DNA of 64,000 nt from an uncultured Gammaproteobacteria bacterium. Lineage in GTDB: Bacteria > Patescibacteriota > Microgenomatia > Levybacterales > UBA12049. The stretch covers positions 1,290-65,289 of the forward strand of contig CAYOZJ010000003.1 in the NCBI GenBank assembly GCA_964408485.1, in the 5' to 3' direction. This document shows positions 19,339 to 28,758 of the stretch, piece by piece. The position numbers and the translations under genes were made by a program. Within the stretch, counting starts at the first letter, position 1. Every line of letters starts with the position of its first letter. Under the pieces are notes generated by a model. That model was not told the DNA's origin. It saw only the letters and a list, made by a program, of their open reading frames with translations, and made no database searches.

Positions 19339-21374
19339 ATGAGAAAATACATTGTACCGCTAATTCTCTCGATTATTATATTTTTGCCTTTGTTGTATAT
19401 CTTTAGGAATTGGTTTTCCTCTGAGCTTTTAGTAAGTGGGGATTGGGTTTATTATTGGAGTCATACTGTTTCAGAAATTCACGGTATCCAGCTTGGGATA
19501 GTAGGCATATGGGGATGGGGGTAAGTATCTTGCCAACACTGTGGTTGGAGTCGTATTTTCTCGCGACAATAAAAACATCTCTTTTCCTTGGATGGAATTG
19601 GTATGAAAAGATTTTTTGGTTTTGGCCATATCTTTTTTTTGGTTTTTTGTCTGGTTGGTTGCTTTCTGTTTATTTTTTTAGATCAAAAATCTTTGCTCTC
19701 CTTGGGGGTCTTCTTTATATAGCAAATACATACGCATTACTCCTTATTGGAGGAGGACAAATGGGCATTGCACTGTCTTACTCGATAGCTCCATTTGGCA
19801 TCATTGCATTTGAGGAGTTATTAAAAAAATTAACATTGAAAAGTGTAATTATTTTCTCTATTACATTTTCGCTTATATTCCTTTTGGATATCCGAATCGG
19901 ATATATTCTTGTGTGGTATTTTGGTGTCCGTTTCCTTTTTGAATTACCATATCTATCACAAGATAAACTTAAAAAATATCTCTATCTATTTCCACTCTCC
20001 GGGATCTTTATTGCAGGACTTCATGCTTTTTGGCTCGTGCCAACAATCGTAACGCACGGAGCGGCAATTAGTAGTCGATTTGGTGATATCTATACCTCGT
20101 CAAAATCAATTCAATTTTTTAGTTTTGCAAAATTTGAAGATGCATTAGGACTTCTTCATCCCAACTGGCCAGAAAATATTTTTGGACTCACTCATTTTTT
20201 TAGACCTGAATTTTTACTTTTGCCACTTTTAGCCTTTGGGTCATTATTTTTTGTAAATTTAAAACCTAAAACAGAAAATATAAAAGGAAAATCTCAAAAC
20301 ATGTATATATTACTTTTTGCGCTAATAGGACTTGTTGGAATTTTTCTTGCAAAAGGAGCAAACGATCCATTTGGTAATATTTACCTTTGGCTTTTTGACC
20401 ATGTTCCAGGATTTATTATGTTTCGAGATCCAACGAAATGGTACTTACTGATTGTTATCTCCTACGCTGTACTTATTCCCTTTGTTTTCAAAAGCAGTGC
20501 ACTACATATATCTCAAAAAATAAAAACAATTAAAGAATATGATGTGCTGTTAACGACATTCCTTATAGGTATTTGCCTTATTTTCTCGCTTATTTTGCCA
20601 GCGCTTTTGGGTCAACTTGGTGGTACTTTTAAGCAACATGTACTTCCGATTGAGTATGTGCATCTTGAAAAATTTTTAGATAATCAAAAAGGTTTTAATC
20701 GTACTCTCTGGATACCACAAGTACAAAGATTTGGATTTTTTTCCAATAATCATCCTGCAATAAGCGCTTATGATTTTTATCATACTGCAAGTATTTCCGG
20801 AGTTATTGATAATGTGTATGGAAAGAATTCTCTTCAAATGCTTCAAGAGGCAGCGATAGGATACATTATTGTTCCATATGATAGTCAGGGAGAGCTATTT
20901 CTTAAAGATAGAAAATATAGCCAAAACGTTTTTGATAACACGTACCGTGAGGTAAAAAACATTTCTTGGGTATCGGAAATACCTGGATTTGGCAAGATGC
21001 ATGTTTTTCAGGTTCCAAGTCCGTACGACCATTTCTGGACTTCTGGGTCTCATGCAAAAATTCAATACACAATGATTAGTCCAACAGACTATTTAGTTTC
21101 TGTTAAAAATGCGCAAAGGGGGACACAGCTTATTTTTTCTGAGAGCTTTGATACACAATGGGTTGCAGTTGTGGAGGGACAACGTATATTCCCTAAAAAC
21201 TTTAATGGACTAAACGAATTCTGGCTTAATAGAAGTGGGAATTATACTATTCGAGTCCACTATTTGCCTCAAGACTATATGACTCAAGGGATATGGATAA
21301 GTGGGGTAACTTTGGGTTTTGTTGGCTGTTTAGCTTTGTTTTTACACCTAAAAAGTGGTAAAATAGTCGAATGA
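19339..21374 (+). pseudogene. YfhO-like GT-C membrane glycosyltransferase gene interrupted by a frameshift (two ORFs 19339..19524 and 19443..21374)
   Basis: The 61-aa ORF encodes TM1 plus an SGDWVYYW loop, the family-typical start. Frame 1 stops at 19522 inside a G5 run (19517..19521). Frame 3 continues with VSILPTLW... through about 640 aa of polytopic and C-terminal domain. Adding one G to the homopolymer fuses them. Confidence 0.5.
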
Positions 21375-22339
21375 TTAGCGCTGTAGTGCCTGTTTTTAAT
21401 GAAGAAGAAAGTATTCCCGAATTCTCCAAAAGACTTACAGCTTCTCTTGCAAAATTACAAAGCCGGTATGAAATCATTTTTATTGATGACGGTTCAACGG
21501 ATAATAGTTTGACTCTCTTAAAGAAGTTAGCAACAAAGGACACCCACATAAAGGTATTTTCTTTTCGCAAAAATCAAGGCAAATCAGAAGCATTAACACT
21601 TGGCTTTCAAATGGCAAAAGGGGATGTAATTGTAACACTGGATGCAGATTTGCAAGATGTGCCGGAGGAGATAAAGAAGCTTTTTGTTAAAACAAAAGAA
21701 GGGTATGAGCTTATTTGTGGATGGAGAGAAAAACGTGCAGATCCATTCACAAAGGTTCTTTCTTCAAAGCTCTTTAACTATCTTGCAAGAATTTTTTGGG
21801 GACTTAATTTACATGATTATAATTGTGGTTTGAAATTGTACTCAAGAGAAGCAGCGAAGAGCTTAAGACTTTATGGAGGAATGCACCGGTTTATTCCTCT
21901 TCTTGTCTTTGGTCAAGGATTTTTGGTAACAGAAGTGCCAATAGTCCATAAAAAGCGCGCTTACGGAAAATCGAAATATGGGTTTTCTAAGTTATGGAAA
22001 GATTTGCCTGATATTTTGACTATGCTCTTTCTTACAAAATATGGAAAACGTCCTCTCCATTTTTTTGGAACACTAGGGGGAATTCTTTTTGCTGTAGGTA
22101 TTGTTGTGTTGTCCTATCTTTCTTGGATCCATTTTACCGGGCATTCAATTGGGACAAGACCGCTTCTTTTTCTAGGAATAGTACTGCTTTTAGCAGGTTT
22201 GCAAGTCATCGTAACAGGGTTTTTGGCAGATTTATTTATCCATCTTTTCCAAACGCCACGGAGTATTGAAGAAAGGTCCCATTTTCATTTAAAATATGAT
22301 AGTACACAGCGTCGTGCTGATACAATTTCTTTTTCATGA
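21371..22339 (+). CDS. Polyprenyl-phosphate glycosyltransferase, GtrB/ArnC/DPM1-like (GT2 with C-terminal TM helices)
   Basis: ISAVVPVFNEEESI...IIFIDDGSTDNS, the DADLQD acidic motif, and two C-terminal TM helices, all typical of GtrB/ArnC. Confidence 0.7.
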   Translation: MISAVVPVFNEEESIPEFSKRLTASLAKLQSRYEIIFIDDGSTDNSLTLLKKLATKDTHIKVFSFRKNQGKSEALTLGFQMAKGDVIVTLDADLQDVPEEIKKLFVKTKEGYELICGWREKRADPFTKVLSSKLFNYLARIFWGLNLHDYNCGLKLYSREAAKSLRLYGGMHRFIPLLVFGQGFLVTEVPIVHKKRAYGKSKYGFSKLWKDLPDILTMLFLTKYGKRPLHFFGTLGGILFAVGIVVLSYLSWIHFTGHSIGTRPLLFLGIVLLLAGLQVIVTGFLADLFIHLFQTPRSIEERSHFHLKYDSTQRRADTISFS

Positions 22340-22557
22340 AACCACAGGATTTTACTTTTTTTGTCGTAGTACTTGTTTTACTTATTATTCCTAAATTTAG
22401 GAAACCTCCTGTTTTTATTATTTCAGGAATGATGTGTCTTCTTTTGGCAATGCCACTTTTTGCATTGTGGATATTTTTTACAGCGCAGCATCTAGTCTGG
22501 TATGCGTGTGGATTTTTTCTGGTGGCAATTGTCTTATATTTACTTCACAATAAGTAA
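22336..22557 (+). CDS. Small membrane protein (2-3 TM), possible GtrA-like partner of GtrB-like enzyme
   Basis: 73 aa and hydrophobic. It is translationally coupled (ATGA overlap) to the GtrB-like gene. Confidence 0.3.
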   Translation: MKPQDFTFFVVVLVLLIIPKFRKPPVFIISGMMCLLLAMPLFALWIFFTAQHLVWYACGFFLVAIVLYLLHNK

Positions 22558-23080
22558 TATGCGTATTGGAATAGATATTTCACAGTTAGCATATCCAAAA
22601 ACAGGTGTTGCAACCTACCTCTTTCATCTTGTTAAAAAGATGATTGAGCAGGATAAAGAAAATACATATATTCTTTTTTACTCAAGTCTTCGAAGGAAAT
22701 TGCCAGTCCAATTTCAAAACAAAAACGTTGAAATTAAAAAATTTAAACTACCCCCAACAGTATTAGATTTTCTTTGGAATACGCTCCACATAGTTCCTGT
22801 TGAGGCATTTATTGGGTCAGTTGATGTGTTTATTTCATCAGACTGGACGCAACCTCCGAGTAAAGCAAAAAAGGCAACAATTATCTATGACATGATTGTT
22901 TATACATATCCGGAGGAAACAGCAGGGAAAATAGTCAGAGTTCAAAAAAAACGATTGGAATGGGTAAAAAAAGAAGTGGACAAGATTTTTTGTATTTCTG
23001 AGGCAACAAGGAAAGATGTGGAGAAGATTTTGGGAATTGAAGAAAAAAGATTAAAGGTAGTATATCCAGGTGTGGTTTAA
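22502..23080 (+). pseudogene. Truncated GT1 (GT4) N-terminal domain only; remnant paralog of downstream GT1
   Basis: MRIGIDISQLAYPKTGVATYLFHL... matches the Glyco_trans_4-like N-domain and ends after about 190 aa at ...VVYPGVV, where the C-domain should start. It is followed by the repeated leader element and a full-length paralog. Confidence 0.45.
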
Positions 23081-23086
23081 TTCAAA

Positions 23087-23142
23087 CCTCACCTCAAACC
23101 CTCTCCTGATAGGAGAGGGAGACAAGGAGAAAATTAATAATG
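23087..23142 (+). promoter_or_regulatory. Repeated promoter-proximal hairpin/SD leader element, copy A
   Basis: cctcacctcaaaCCCTCTCCTgatAGGAGAGGGagacaaggagaaaattaataATG has a perfect 9-bp stem and a 3-nt loop. TTTAAT (-10-like) lies 5 nt upstream. Related to copies at 35051 and 63091. Confidence 0.5.
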
Positions 23143-24264
23143 ATTATTGGTATTGATGGTAATGAGGCAAATGTAGAAAAAAAAGTAGGTATTAGTGAGT
23201 ATGCCTATCAGCTCTTATTGGAGTTTTATAAGCATAGTGAGATAGAATTCTGCATTTACCTTAAAAATTCTCCTCGTGCGGATATGCCAAAAGAAAGAAA
23301 TGGATGGAAGTATATTCTTGTTGGGCCAAAAAAATTGTGGACACAAATTGGCTTACCAATCTATCTATTTACCCATTTTCCGCGTCCTACTGTTTTTTTT
23401 AGCCCAACACACTATGCGCCTCGATTTGCGCCAGTACCTACAGCAATAAGTATCATGGACGTGTCCTACTTACACTTTCCAGAACTTTTTGCAAAAAGAG
23501 ATTTATATCAGCTAACATCGTGGACAAAGTATTCTGCGACACATGCAAAACGTATCTTTACCATTAGTCAGTCAAGCAAAAATGATATACTAAAAGAGTA
23601 CCAAAAACAGGCTCAAGAAGTACTCGTTACGTACCCAGGAATTAAAAATGCAGAAAGCAATATGAATGATGCAGTAAGTAAGAAAGATCTACAAAAGAAG
23701 TTTGGAATTTCGGGGGTTTACATTCTTTTTGTTGGAACACTGCAGCCAAGAAAAAATATTGAACGTCTTATTGAGGCGTATGCACGCGTGAAGCAAAATG
23801 TAAAAAATGAAAAAGATTTACAATTAGTAATTGTTGGGAAAAAAGGATGGTTGTATGAGCCGATTCTCGAGGCGCCGAAAAGACTTGGGATTAGCGAAAG
23901 CGTAAAATTCTTAGAATTTGTAGACGATAACGAATTACCCTCTTTGTATAAAAATGCAATCTTGTTTGTTTTGCCGTCACTTTATGAAGGATTTGGACTT
24001 CCTGTTGTTGAAGCAATGAAATATGGCACTCCTGTTATTACAAGTAATGTGAGTAGTTTGCCAGAGGCAGGAGGAGATGCCGCACTATATATTAATCCAG
24101 AAAGCGTGGAGGACATTGCTAAGGCAATAGAAAAGCTTTTAGATAATCCAAAGCTAAGAGAGCAGATGGTGAAAAAAGGATACCAGCATATTAAGCAATT
24201 CAGCTGGGAAAAGGCAGCCAAAGAAACACTAGATGTTTTGGAAGAAATGGGGAGCAAGGTATGA
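23140..24264 (+). CDS. Glycosyltransferase family 1 (GT4)
   Basis: EGFGLPVVEAMKYGTPVITSNVSSLPEAGGDAA is the GT1 C-terminal motif and LFVGTLQPRKN is typical of GT4. Confidence 0.75.
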   Translation: MIIGIDGNEANVEKKVGISEYAYQLLLEFYKHSEIEFCIYLKNSPRADMPKERNGWKYILVGPKKLWTQIGLPIYLFTHFPRPTVFFSPTHYAPRFAPVPTAISIMDVSYLHFPELFAKRDLYQLTSWTKYSATHAKRIFTISQSSKNDILKEYQKQAQEVLVTYPGIKNAESNMNDAVSKKDLQKKFGISGVYILFVGTLQPRKNIERLIEAYARVKQNVKNEKDLQLVIVGKKGWLYEPILEAPKRLGISESVKFLEFVDDNELPSLYKNAILFVLPSLYEGFGLPVVEAMKYGTPVITSNVSSLPEAGGDAALYINPESVEDIAKAIEKLLDNPKLREQMVKKGYQHIKQFSWEKAAKETLDVLEEMGSKV

Positions 24265-24824
24265 GTGGATTGTTTCATAAAATTATGCGCAGACTGGATG
24301 CTATAGATTTAGAGTTTGAAATGATGATACTTCGATGGGTTGGTCATGTTCCTTCTCATCATGTGCGACGGTTTTTTTATCGATTAGGTTTTATGAAAAT
24401 TGGCAAAGGATCAGCAATCCATATGGGTGCAATCTTCTATGACACACGAAACATTTCAATCGGTGAGGATACCATTATCGGAGAGAATGCTGTTTTGGAT
24501 GGTCGGGCAAGTCTAGTAATTGGAAATCATGTAGATATTGCAAGTGAGGTCATGATATATAATGCGCAGCATGATATCGAAAGAGAGGATTTCAGAGCCA
24601 TTACAGGAAGTGTTGTCATTGAAGATTATGTATTTATTGGACCTCGGGCGATTATTCTGCCTGGCGTGCAAATAAAACGGGGAGCTGTTGTAGGAGCAGG
24701 AGCAGTAGTTACAAAAGATGTAGAAGAAAATTCCATTGTTGGTGGTGTTCCTGCTAAAGAAATTAGAAAAAGAAAACTCAATAATTTTACCTACCGATTA
24801 AAAAGAGCCGCTTGGTTTCGCTAA
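24261..24824 (+). CDS. Hexapeptide-repeat (left-handed beta-helix) sugar O-acetyltransferase
   Basis: Tandem [LIV]G-x4 hexapeptides IGENAVLDGRASLVIGNHVDIASEV...IGPRAIILPGVQIKRGAVVGAGAVV, similar to WbbJ/MAT. Confidence 0.7.
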   Translation: MSGLFHKIMRRLDAIDLEFEMMILRWVGHVPSHHVRRFFYRLGFMKIGKGSAIHMGAIFYDTRNISIGEDTIIGENAVLDGRASLVIGNHVDIASEVMIYNAQHDIEREDFRAITGSVVIEDYVFIGPRAIILPGVQIKRGAVVGAGAVVTKDVEENSIVGGVPAKEIRKRKLNNFTYRLKRAAWFR

Positions 24825-24827
24825 TGT

Positions 24828-25700
24828 ATGCAGCTTTCTATTATAACGATTAATTTCAAAAAGCCCGAGTTAACCATTGCGTGTCTTACCTCGTTATACA
24901 GTTCCTATACCCAACAATTCGAAAAAAATCTCTTTGAATTTTTGATCGTTGATAATAATTCAGAAGATTCATCTGTTGAAATACTAGAAAAGGAAATAAA
25001 AAAGAAAAAATATAAAAATGTAACAGTACTTTCCAATGAGAAAAATAGTGGTTTTGGAGGAGGAAATAATTTTGGAGCAATACATGCAAAAGGAGATACG
25101 CTCTTGTTTTTAAATAATGATACGGTTGTGGGAAAAGGAGTAGGTAATATGCTCACCTTCCTTTTAGATAATCCCCACATAGGTGTACTGGGCGGTATTT
25201 TAAAGAATACAAATGGCACGTCTCAACATTCATTTGATACCTTCTACAGTTTGCCACGCGTCTTGCTTCTTCTTCTTGGTATGCAACGTTTTCAATTTCA
25301 GAATGTTGTTAGGCCACAGCGTGTTGATTGGGTTAAAGGAGCATGTCTTATGATAGGGAAAGATTTATTCACTTCCATAGGAAGGTTTGATGAGGAAATT
25401 TTTATGTACACGGAAGATATGGAGCTTTGCTATAGAGCAAGTAAAATAGGGAAAGATGTTTGGGTTTTCCCAGATATTGATATTCATCACAGAGATCAGG
25501 GAAGTAGCAATCGGACATTTGCCATTGTAAATATCTACAAAGGAATTTTGTATTTCTACAAAAAACACCGATCATTGCTCGAATATAGTCTTGTGAAACT
25601 CCTACTTCAAAGTAAGGCACAGATTCTGATATTATTAGGAAAGCTCATAAAAAATGACTATCTAACGTCAACCTATGAAAAAGCTCTTAACACTCTTTGA
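24828..25700 (+). CDS. Glycosyltransferase family 2
   Basis: LSIITINFKKPELTIACLTSL...LIVDNNSEDSS and a DxD-like motif. Confidence 0.65.
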   Translation: MQLSIITINFKKPELTIACLTSLYSSYTQQFEKNLFEFLIVDNNSEDSSVEILEKEIKKKKYKNVTVLSNEKNSGFGGGNNFGAIHAKGDTLLFLNNDTVVGKGVGNMLTFLLDNPHIGVLGGILKNTNGTSQHSFDTFYSLPRVLLLLLGMQRFQFQNVVRPQRVDWVKGACLMIGKDLFTSIGRFDEEIFMYTEDMELCYRASKIGKDVWVFPDIDIHHRDQGSSNRTFAIVNIYKGILYFYKKHRSLLEYSLVKLLLQSKAQILILLGKLIKNDYLTSTYEKALNTL

Positions 25701-28700
25701 CACGTATTTTCTCAAATTCAGTGTCCTTTTTGCATTTATTTTTATTACGCTTTACCCAAAATTGCCGAGTATCCATATTGTTCGCACGTGGGTATATATT
25801 AGACTCGAAGATTTTGTTATTGCAACACTTGTCATTGCGTGGCTCATTCAACTTCTGAGAAGAAAAGTGCGATTACCGTTACCAGTAGGTATACCTATTG
25901 CTGTTTATTGGCTTGTTGGGCTTATATCGCTTCTTATTAGCCTTATTTTTATTGGACCACATTTGGTGGGATTTTTCCCTCATCTGGCAATTCTTGAATA
26001 TGGGAGACGCATAGAATACATGATTTTGTTTTTTATTGCTTTCTCAACAATTAAATCCCAAAAAGATATTCGAGATTTTGTTGTTATGCTCTGCGTTGCT
26101 CTTACCGCAATTGTCATATACGGCTTTGGTCAACGATTTTATTTAGTTTTATGGGGACTTTTTCCAAAGTTTTTTGAGCACTTCTCGTACTGCTTTCCGT
26201 CTTTTCAAACAGGTAACGAAGAGTTTGCAAAAGGACTTGCACTTTGTCTTCCTCAGGAGGCAAGAATTACATCAACATTTGGTGGACACTATGATTTGGC
26301 AGCGTTTTTGGTTGTTATTCTTCCAGTACTCCTTGGTATTTTCGTGAATGTAAAAAAAATTGCTGCAAAAGTAGGGGTAGGGTTATTGTTTGTTACTTCC
26401 CTTATGCTTCTTCTTTTCACCGCGTCCCGTGTTTCATTTAGTACGTATCTTGTTGGTGCAACGATTGCATTAATACTTATGAAGCAAAAAAAACTTTTAA
26501 TTCCTGTATTACTTCTTAGTGTTGCTTGTTTGCTTATTTTTTCTGGTTCTACTGCAAAGAGGTTTCTTGAGACATTTCGCGTTGTTAATGTTGTTACCGA
26601 CAATCAGGGTCGGGTTGTTGGGATTGCAGAAAATAACTTACCCGACAGTCTAAAAAATAAAATTTCCAAAAATGATTCAGTTGTGGTTGAAGCACCTCCA
26701 CCAACACAAAATCTTCCAACAGGATCAAGCTTTATTACACTTTCTCAGACTGCTGTTGCAACAAGCGGCGCGTATATAAGAGCTGCAATCCCAACCTCTG
26801 AAGCGCAGCGTTTAAAATTGGCAAATGGAGGGCTTGAGATCTCAACTGTTTCTGGCAATTTTCTTACTCAAAAGGCGCTTGTCTATGACATATCATTTAC
26901 AACGCGTTTTCAAGCAGAATGGCCTAATGCGTGGACTGCTTTTATGACCGATCCGCCATTTGGAAAAGGATACTCAACAATTACGTTGGCAACGGACAAT
27001 GATTATCTGAGGCTCTTAGGAGAATCTGGATTTGTTGGTTTTGCTGCTTTTGCGCTTATTTTTATTGTTCTGGCAATTTTCCTGAAAGAATCTCTAGGGG
27101 AAAGTGCGTCTCTCTCGAAATACTTTGCCATAGGACTTGCGGGAGGAGTAGTGGGGCTTATTCTTAATGGTGCATTGATTGATGTTTTTGAAGCATCAAA
27201 GGTTGCAGAGCCATTGTGGATTCTTTTGGGTGTTGCCGTAGGTGGACTCTCATTAACACTTTCTAAAAGTATCAATTATAAAAAAGATTTGATGCGGGTT
27301 TTCTCCTCTCATGTATTTCTTTTGCTCCTTCTTTGTATCCTGACGTTTGTCGTATTTGGTGGAGGACTGACTAATTTTTTTGTTGCAGACGATTTTATCT
27401 GGCTTAAGTGGGGAGCAATAGCGCATCCGGGAGACATTGCACAGTACTTTTCAGATGCGCAGGGATCAATTTATCGACCACTCGCGAAAATTATTATGTT
27501 TTGTTTGTATTCTGTATTTTCTTTTCAACCCGCTGGATATCATGCTGTTGGACTCTTGGTTCACTTCTTTATTGGCATTGGTATATACCTGTTAGGAATA
27601 GCGCTTTTTAAGAAAAAACTCTGGGCATGGATGTTAGCAGCACTCTATCTTATTCTTCCTATTCATTCAGAAGTGCTCTTTTGGATTTCAACAATTTCAA
27701 TTAGCTGGTCGACACTTTTTATTGTGTACTCTCTCGTTGCGTATGTGTATTGGAGACAGAAAGGAACAAGGGCTTGGTATATTGTGTCAATGATCCTTGG
27801 TATTTGTAGTCTTTTTACATACGAAATGGGTATTGTTGTGCCCCTTCTTCTTATTGCGCTTGATGTGTTGATTCTAAGGAAAAAACAAATCAAAAGTATT
27901 GCTCTTGCCGTTACGCCTTTCATTATTTTTGATGTTCTCTACCTATTTATTCGCGCCCATGCAAATGTAGCACCAATTAGTGGAGATTATTCGTATAATG
28001 CTAGTCACCTTGTTCCAAATGTCATCGCTAACTATGTAAATTACTTCTTGGCAATGCTTATTGGTGAACGAGTTGTAGCGTGGCAATATGGACTGCGTTT
28101 GATGCTTAAAACGCATACACTTCCAATAACCGCAGCTCTTGTTGCTGGTGTAGGAATTCTTGGTGGCATTCTCTTTATTGTACGGAAAAACCTCAATCTC
28201 CAATTAGTAAGATTTGTAGGATTTGGATTTCTCTTTGCTTTTATTGGGTTATTGCCATTCTTGGGTTTTGGTAACATGTCTGAGCGATATGGATACCTCG
28301 GTGCTATTGGATTTGTTATTGTTATTGTTTCTTTGGGAAGATATTTCTTACAGAAAACAAAAGGAAATAAAGTCGTTGTAGGAGTGCTTATTGTTTGTGC
28401 TGTTATATTCTTTCTCTATGCGAAAGAAGCAGTAAATAGAGAATTGGATCAATGGAAAAAGACAAGTATCATAACATACAACACGCTTGCGTATTTCCGT
28501 GTGGTAAAAGAGTATGTACCAAGTCATGCGACATTTTATGTATCCCACATGCCCACAAAGTATGGAAATGCATGGATTTTTCCTGTTGGATTTCAGGAAG
28601 GATTATGGTTTGTGTATAGAGACGATACGTTGAAGGTTGTTAAGACCAAAGATATTGATGAGTCTCTCGCAATTAAACATTCTCATCCAAGCGATATTCT

Positions 28701-28755
28701 TAACAACGAATATGTTTTTGATTTCGATAAAAATGGGCAGCTATTTGAATATTAA
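25675..28755 (+). CDS. Fusion membrane protein: O-antigen ligase/Wzy_C-like polytopic domain plus GT-C (PMT_2/ArnT-like) glycosyltransferase domain
   Basis: The N half has the TASRVSFSTY (SRG-type) motif, a large periplasmic loop, then TDNDYLRLLGESGFVGF (the H/N-x-YL...E-G motif of Wzy_C/WaaL/PglL). The C half (from about residue 540) has FVADDFIWL and YRPL loops plus TM helices, paralogous to ORF 2738..4426. Confidence 0.5.
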   Translation: MKKLLTLFDTYFLKFSVLFAFIFITLYPKLPSIHIVRTWVYIRLEDFVIATLVIAWLIQLLRRKVRLPLPVGIPIAVYWLVGLISLLISLIFIGPHLVGFFPHLAILEYGRRIEYMILFFIAFSTIKSQKDIRDFVVMLCVALTAIVIYGFGQRFYLVLWGLFPKFFEHFSYCFPSFQTGNEEFAKGLALCLPQEARITSTFGGHYDLAAFLVVILPVLLGIFVNVKKIAAKVGVGLLFVTSLMLLLFTASRVSFSTYLVGATIALILMKQKKLLIPVLLLSVACLLIFSGSTAKRFLETFRVVNVVTDNQGRVVGIAENNLPDSLKNKISKNDSVVVEAPPPTQNLPTGSSFITLSQTAVATSGAYIRAAIPTSEAQRLKLANGGLEISTVSGNFLTQKALVYDISFTTRFQAEWPNAWTAFMTDPPFGKGYSTITLATDNDYLRLLGESGFVGFAAFALIFIVLAIFLKESLGESASLSKYFAIGLAGGVVGLILNGALIDVFEASKVAEPLWILLGVAVGGLSLTLSKSINYKKDLMRVFSSHVFLLLLLCILTFVVFGGGLTNFFVADDFIWLKWGAIAHPGDIAQYFSDAQGSIYRPLAKIIMFCLYSVFSFQPAGYHAVGLLVHFFIGIGIYLLGIALFKKKLWAWMLAALYLILPIHSEVLFWISTISISWSTLFIVYSLVAYVYWRQKGTRAWYIVSMILGICSLFTYEMGIVVPLLLIALDVLILRKKQIKSIALAVTPFIIFDVLYLFIRAHANVAPISGDYSYNASHLVPNVIANYVNYFLAMLIGERVVAWQYGLRLMLKTHTLPITAALVAGVGILGGILFIVRKNLNLQLVRFVGFGFLFAFIGLLPFLGFGNMSERYGYLGAIGFVIVIVSLGRYFLQKTKGNKVVVGVLIVCAVIFFLYAKEAVNRELDQWKKTSIITYNTLAYFRVVKEYVPSHATFYVSHMPTKYGNAWIFPVGFQEGLWFVYRDDTLKVVKTKDIDESLAIKHSHPSDILNNEYVFDFDKNGQLFEY

Positions 28756-28758
28756 TAT

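Noticed and set aside
19443-19520. N-terminus MGLLLESYCFRNSRYPAWDSRHMG of the 643-aa ORF as a genuine protein start
   Set aside because: This segment is the out-of-frame overlap with the upstream 61-codon ORF. The real N-terminus (TM1 plus DxW loop) is in the other frame, so the two are better explained as one frameshifted gene.
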